DNA of 63,395 bases, the filler included, from Collodictyon triciliatum (taxonomy: Eukaryota), in NCBI GenBank assembly GCA_043381765.1. It is 11 parts of 11 records of this genome, joined end to end, with 100 filler letters (N's around TTAATTAATTAA, not from the genome) between each part and the next. Parts side by side here need not be neighbours in the genome. Positions count along the whole stretch, not along the records: positions 55,517 to 61,289 come from JBHJMP010004954.1; positions 61,390 to 63,395 come from JBHJMP010004974.1; 9 more parts are not named here. One strand, written 5' to 3'. A model generated the notes under the pieces. It did no database searches. It had not been told where the DNA came from and was given only the letters and a program-made list of their open reading frames with translations. Positions 59,045 to 63,395 of the stretch are shown piece after piece. The stretch's first letter is position 1, and every line of letters starts with the position of its first letter. A program made the position numbers and the translations under genes.

Positions 59045-60097
59045 AAGTTTAGATTGGAGATGAAGACCTATGTAGATCTGAGACCCGTACGCTTTGAGGG
59101 AGAAAATCTGCATGAAAAGATGTATCGTAAGGGGATGATTGTGTATGGTGTTTGCATCACATAGTCCCCAGAACTTATAAAGGGGTAGGACAGCGCGAAA
59201 TGCCTCACCCTTTCTTATATATATAATAGGTTCTATACTCCAGTTTTTGTTAGTTTTTTTCTTATTTTGCATTTTCGACTCGCTGGCTCATGTGACTCGT
59301 TCGGTGTAGGTTTCTTTTACAATGGGATTTGTGAAGTAAACAAAATCCGACCAGAAAACCAAACCAACGGGCTGTCGAAAGGTGAGTCAGGCTGGCGCCG
59401 GATTAGACACACCAGCAGAAAGAAAATGCGGACATTGCGCACATACAAAGAAGAATGTTTATAAAATCGCAGCCGTGCCACATACCGCGGACGAAGACGA
59501 TTTATAGAATTTTCCAGAAATAGGTATAATATTCAATGAATTTTCCTGTAAGTGTAAAATCTTTCTAGTAATTTGGTTCAAATTGGACGAATATCTATAT
59601 TATCTTCTTCTGGAATATTTTGCAGCCATGTGGGTGGAGGACATCATAAATTGACATTATACAAGTCTGGAAGAGGTTTGGGCGCTCTGTCAAAGTTTTT
59701 CCCGTATATCTACTGACGAAGTTGGTTATTGTCAAACCTGTTTTGTCTCATAGTGCCCTATTCTCTGTTTTCAGTTTTTTCGCCTCGAAGCCTTCCGATG
59801 CTTGCATGATGGCAGACAAAGCTGTCCAGCGCCGGTTGAGGGGTTTGAGGCAAGATGAGAACACAGAAAAAAGACAAGGGGGGTTTTGGGAGAGGTTAGT
59901 GGCTGGTAACTGATAGGGGAAAGGGCAGCACTCGGCCCTAGTCAAATAACCGTCCCAGGCTTTCGGGGCATCAAACGAAACAAAAAAAAATATAGTCAAA
60001 AAACATAGCATGGGTTATTTACTGTATTATAGAACCCTAGTTCCTGAATCTTTTAAAATATTAGCATTATTATTACTATTAATATTAATACTATTGC

Positions 60098-60146
<49 letters not shown>

Positions 60147-61219
60147 NNNNNNNNNNNNNNNNNNNNNNNNNNNNNNNNNNNNNNNNNNNNNNNNNNNNNN
60201 NNNNNNNNNNNNNNNNNNNNNNNNNNNNNNNNNNNNNNNNNNNNNNNNNNNNNNNNNNNNNNNNNNNNNNNNNNNNNNNNNNNNNNNNNNNNNNNNNNNN
60301 NNNNNNNNNNNNNNNNNNNNNNNNNNNNNNNNNNNNNNNNNNNNNNNNNNNNNNNNNNNNNNNNNNNNNNNNNNNNNNNNNNNNNNNNNNNNNNNNNNNN
60401 NNNNNNNNNNNNNNNNNNNNNNNNNNNNNNNNNNNNNNNNNNNNNNNNNNNNNNNNNNNNNNNNNNNNNNNNNNNNNNNNNNNNNNNNNNNNNNNNNNNN
60501 NNNNNNNNNNNNNNNNNNNNNNNNNNNNNNNNNNNNNNNNNNNNNNNNNNNNNNNNNNNNNNNNNNNNNNNNNNNNNNNNNNNNNNNNNNNNNNNNNNNN
60601 NNNNNNNNNNNNNNNNNNNNNNNNNNNNNNNNNNNNNNNNNNNNNNNNNNNNNNNNNNNNNNNNNNNNNNNNNTGATTTCTCCAAGGAGATGAGGAATAT
60701 TATTGCCGCTGCCAACGCCTATATCCAATCGGGACTCAGTTTTATTTTCTTGACATCTTAACATAATTATGTACATACAACTAGGTGCATAAGAACCCAG
60801 GTTTAAAATATAATTTTGTGGGCATAATCTCAGTATATTATGTTATTCTTTTAAAAAGGTCATTCCAATATGGGACTATCGCTCTCTCGCGTAATGTGTG
60901 AATTCAGCATGAAAGTGTATGCCGAAGATGAGCCTCCCAAGCTATGTTTGTATTGATTTGGGAGGAAAGAGTATTCTATCATATTAAAACTATTTCTAAT
61001 ATGTCTTATAAGTCATTTTTTTCGAATATCTTGTACTGATTTCGTGAATAGTGACGGCAATTCAAACTATGGGTGGAATTATCAAAGAAATTGAAATTAG
61101 TAGACAAAAAATGGTATAATTTTTCATCATTTACAAAATACTATCCAGTATCAACATACATGAATTCAAAAAACAAAAACAAAAAAAGAATACCTGGCTA
61201 TGCGGGAGTATGGTCCCCG

Positions 61220-61289
<70 letters not shown>

Positions 61290-61418
61290 NNNNNNNNNNN
61301 NNNNNNNNNNNNNNNNNNNNNNNNNNNNNNNNNTTAATTAATTAANNNNNNNNNNNNNNNNNNNNNNNNNNNNNNNNNNNNNNNNNNNNTTAAAAAAAAA
61401 ACCAAAAAATAAACTTTT

Positions 61419-61468
<50 letters not shown>

Positions 61469-61928
61469 TTCAGTAGATATTTTTCACATTTGTCTTGCGT
61501 GATACATGCTATAAAACAATATTGTTTTTCCTTGAACTTTATGCTTCATAAAAAAACATAATAGCTTAGCTGCCTTTTTGAGAGCGTGGATGAGTCACTC
61601 CAGCACCGAATCGCTGTGTTAAGAGCTCGTATAGAGCAGAAACAAGATGCAGTTAGAAGGCAGGCGAGTCAAGAAAAGAACAACAGAAATATCTAAAATT
61701 AAATATGATAAAAAAGTCGTCGATATTTACAAACAAGATTTCAACCATACCAAAAAAAAAAAACTCGCATATGAATATGTATATATTATGTTGACAATAA
61801 GCATATTAATTTTTGCTTATGATAGAAAATGTATTGCAAGTGTGTATTTCTTAGTTTTATTCGCTTGTTTGAAATTGATACAGCGCCATTCACTCACTTC
61901 ATTAATATATTAGCTCAATGATATACGA

Positions 61929-63104
61929 ATGAAGCCGGTCAAAACACTCTCCTTGGCCGAATCGCATTATATACTGCGATTACGGCGTATTAAATGGATT
62001 ACCAATTCGACCGCAGCAAAACGCTCTGGGGCTCTCGAAAATATCGGGTCGTCAATGGTTTCAACGGGCTCATGTTTCAGGCACATCCGCGGACTCCAAA
62101 ATACTGGACAGTATGTATGGCAAGATTTAGATATGACACTCGTGGGCCAAATCAGAGGACTGTCACATTTTAGAATATTCAACAGAATTGAAGACCAAAA
62201 GGTGATTTCTTCTGATATCGAGGACGAAAAGGCGTGGATTTTTGAGGACCCATTTCGGGTTTTCGTGGATGTTCAAAGTCTAAAGCTTGTGTCTTCCACT
62301 GGAAATCCTATTGGTGTTTCTGAGAAAATAATAACCCCTTGGGGCCTGGCGTCCCATCCAAACGGGAATATTTACTACGCCGAGGTCATGACTGGTCGCG
62401 TAATAATTGTAGATAGAGAGCTTAGATATGTTCGAACTATGGGCAGTCCTGCGGGCAAAGAGGCAAGGATTTTCAAGAACCCTCGCGCAATCACTATCTC
62501 AATTCATGGACTAGTTGCTGTGGTTGATATCAGCCTGAAAAATATTACAATCCTCGATGAGGACGACACCATCTTAAAGAAAATCCCAGAGATAGACGAA
62601 GGTCTTTTTTTGATGCCTTCTGGTATAGCTTTTGATTTGAACGGTAACATTTATGTGACAGACCTTCGTAGTGCGAATATAGTGAAGATAAAGCTCAGCC
62701 CGAGCCCATTTGGTATTGCATCATCTTCGTATAGTGTGGAGAAGTTCGAGGCACCTCCTGAATTTGAGTATCCAGGCTTTTCTAGTCCTGTTGTAAACGG
62801 ATTGGGCGAGGTATTTGCTATTCCATCACAAGGGTGGAGCGTATACGTGTTTTCCACTGAAGGCAAGCTGCTGCGCACAATATCCATTCCACAAGTTACC
62901 AATGCTTGTCATATGACCTTCGGACCTGGAGATGGGTTTACTCTTTCAGCTCGGTCGAATAACAAAATATTTTTCTTCGATCGAAACGGGTCGATAAAAT
63001 ATGAGATGGATATGAAGAGGCCGACTGGTGCGACCTTCAATATTGAAAATGAATTTTATATTATTTCACAAGAAACTGGAAGGATTTACAAATATAGTGT
63101 TTAA
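61929..63104 (+). CDS. NHL-repeat beta-propeller protein, intronless
   Basis: 391 aa; PWGLASHPNGNIYYAE, FKNPRAITIS and FLMPSGIAFDLNGNIYVTD NHL repeats. Confidence 0.85.
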   Translation: MKPVKTLSLAESHYILRLRRIKWITNSTAAKRSGALENIGSSMVSTGSCFRHIRGLQNTGQYVWQDLDMTLVGQIRGLSHFRIFNRIEDQKVISSDIEDEKAWIFEDPFRVFVDVQSLKLVSSTGNPIGVSEKIITPWGLASHPNGNIYYAEVMTGRVIIVDRELRYVRTMGSPAGKEARIFKNPRAITISIHGLVAVVDISLKNITILDEDDTILKKIPEIDEGLFLMPSGIAFDLNGNIYVTDLRSANIVKIKLSPSPFGIASSSYSVEKFEAPPEFEYPGFSSPVVNGLGEVFAIPSQGWSVYVFSTEGKLLRTISIPQVTNACHMTFGPGDGFTLSARSNNKIFFFDRNGSIKYEMDMKRPTGATFNIENEFYIISQETGRIYKYSV

Positions 63105-63395
63105 AAATCACAGTTTTCTTCTGATTTGAAGACTGGCAGGACGAATCCTCGGTGGGGATAAACCAAGAAAATAAAATATGTGGCAATTGCAATCGATTTG
63201 AAAAAAAATATGTACTCATCGCGATCTTTTGCTGAGGCACAATTTTCTTTATCTTATCTGTATTTTTTTTTGTTTTTTTTCCATCTCCATATTTTTTTTT
63301 GGTTTCTTTTCAACAGTTTATTGAGAGAAAACAAAGCCGAGGAAACCGCCTTCGCCTCTAGGACAAGAAATGAGCTGTGGACGAGACAGTGGAAA

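Noticed and set aside
59260-59980. GC-richer segment as a gene or element
   Set aside because: The frames I read are broken by stops and show no recognisable motif; it may be a decayed element, but that cannot be supported.
61190-61208. IPGYAG motif suggesting a second FAM166-like gene
   Set aside because: A single six-residue match at a scaffold end; the neighbouring exons could not be tied to it.

Overview
Eukaryotic DNA: AT-rich, intron-dense, standard genetic code. A FAM166-like gene and Tim8 suggest a flagellated, mitochondrion-bearing protist (inference). The window is not one locus. It is 11 pieces joined by ten artificial 100-bp spacers (N44-TTAATTAATTAA-N44); nine are ~5.77 kb, one is 8.4 kb and the last is cut by the window end. 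Recognisable spliced genes are a MAP2K, a CC2D1/Lgd-like DM14 protein, an atypical Arf-like GTPase, a FAM166-like ciliary protein, a PIP5K with a GPCR-PIPK-type linker, a Yar1-like ankyrin protein, RBBP5/Swd1, RNA polymerase III RPC1 and kelch-repeat genes. Tim8, an NHL-repeat gene and an AvrB/Fido-like gene are intronless or nearly so. The most striking unexplained structure is two families of ultra-short (about 24-47 bp) poly(A)-tailed insertions, many flanked by 13-18 bp target-site duplications, about 14 copies in total. Family A is the extreme 3' end of an L1/Tx1-like LINE, and longer copies are present in the window. Family B is little more than a small hairpin plus poly(A), has no parent in the window, and lies in introns.
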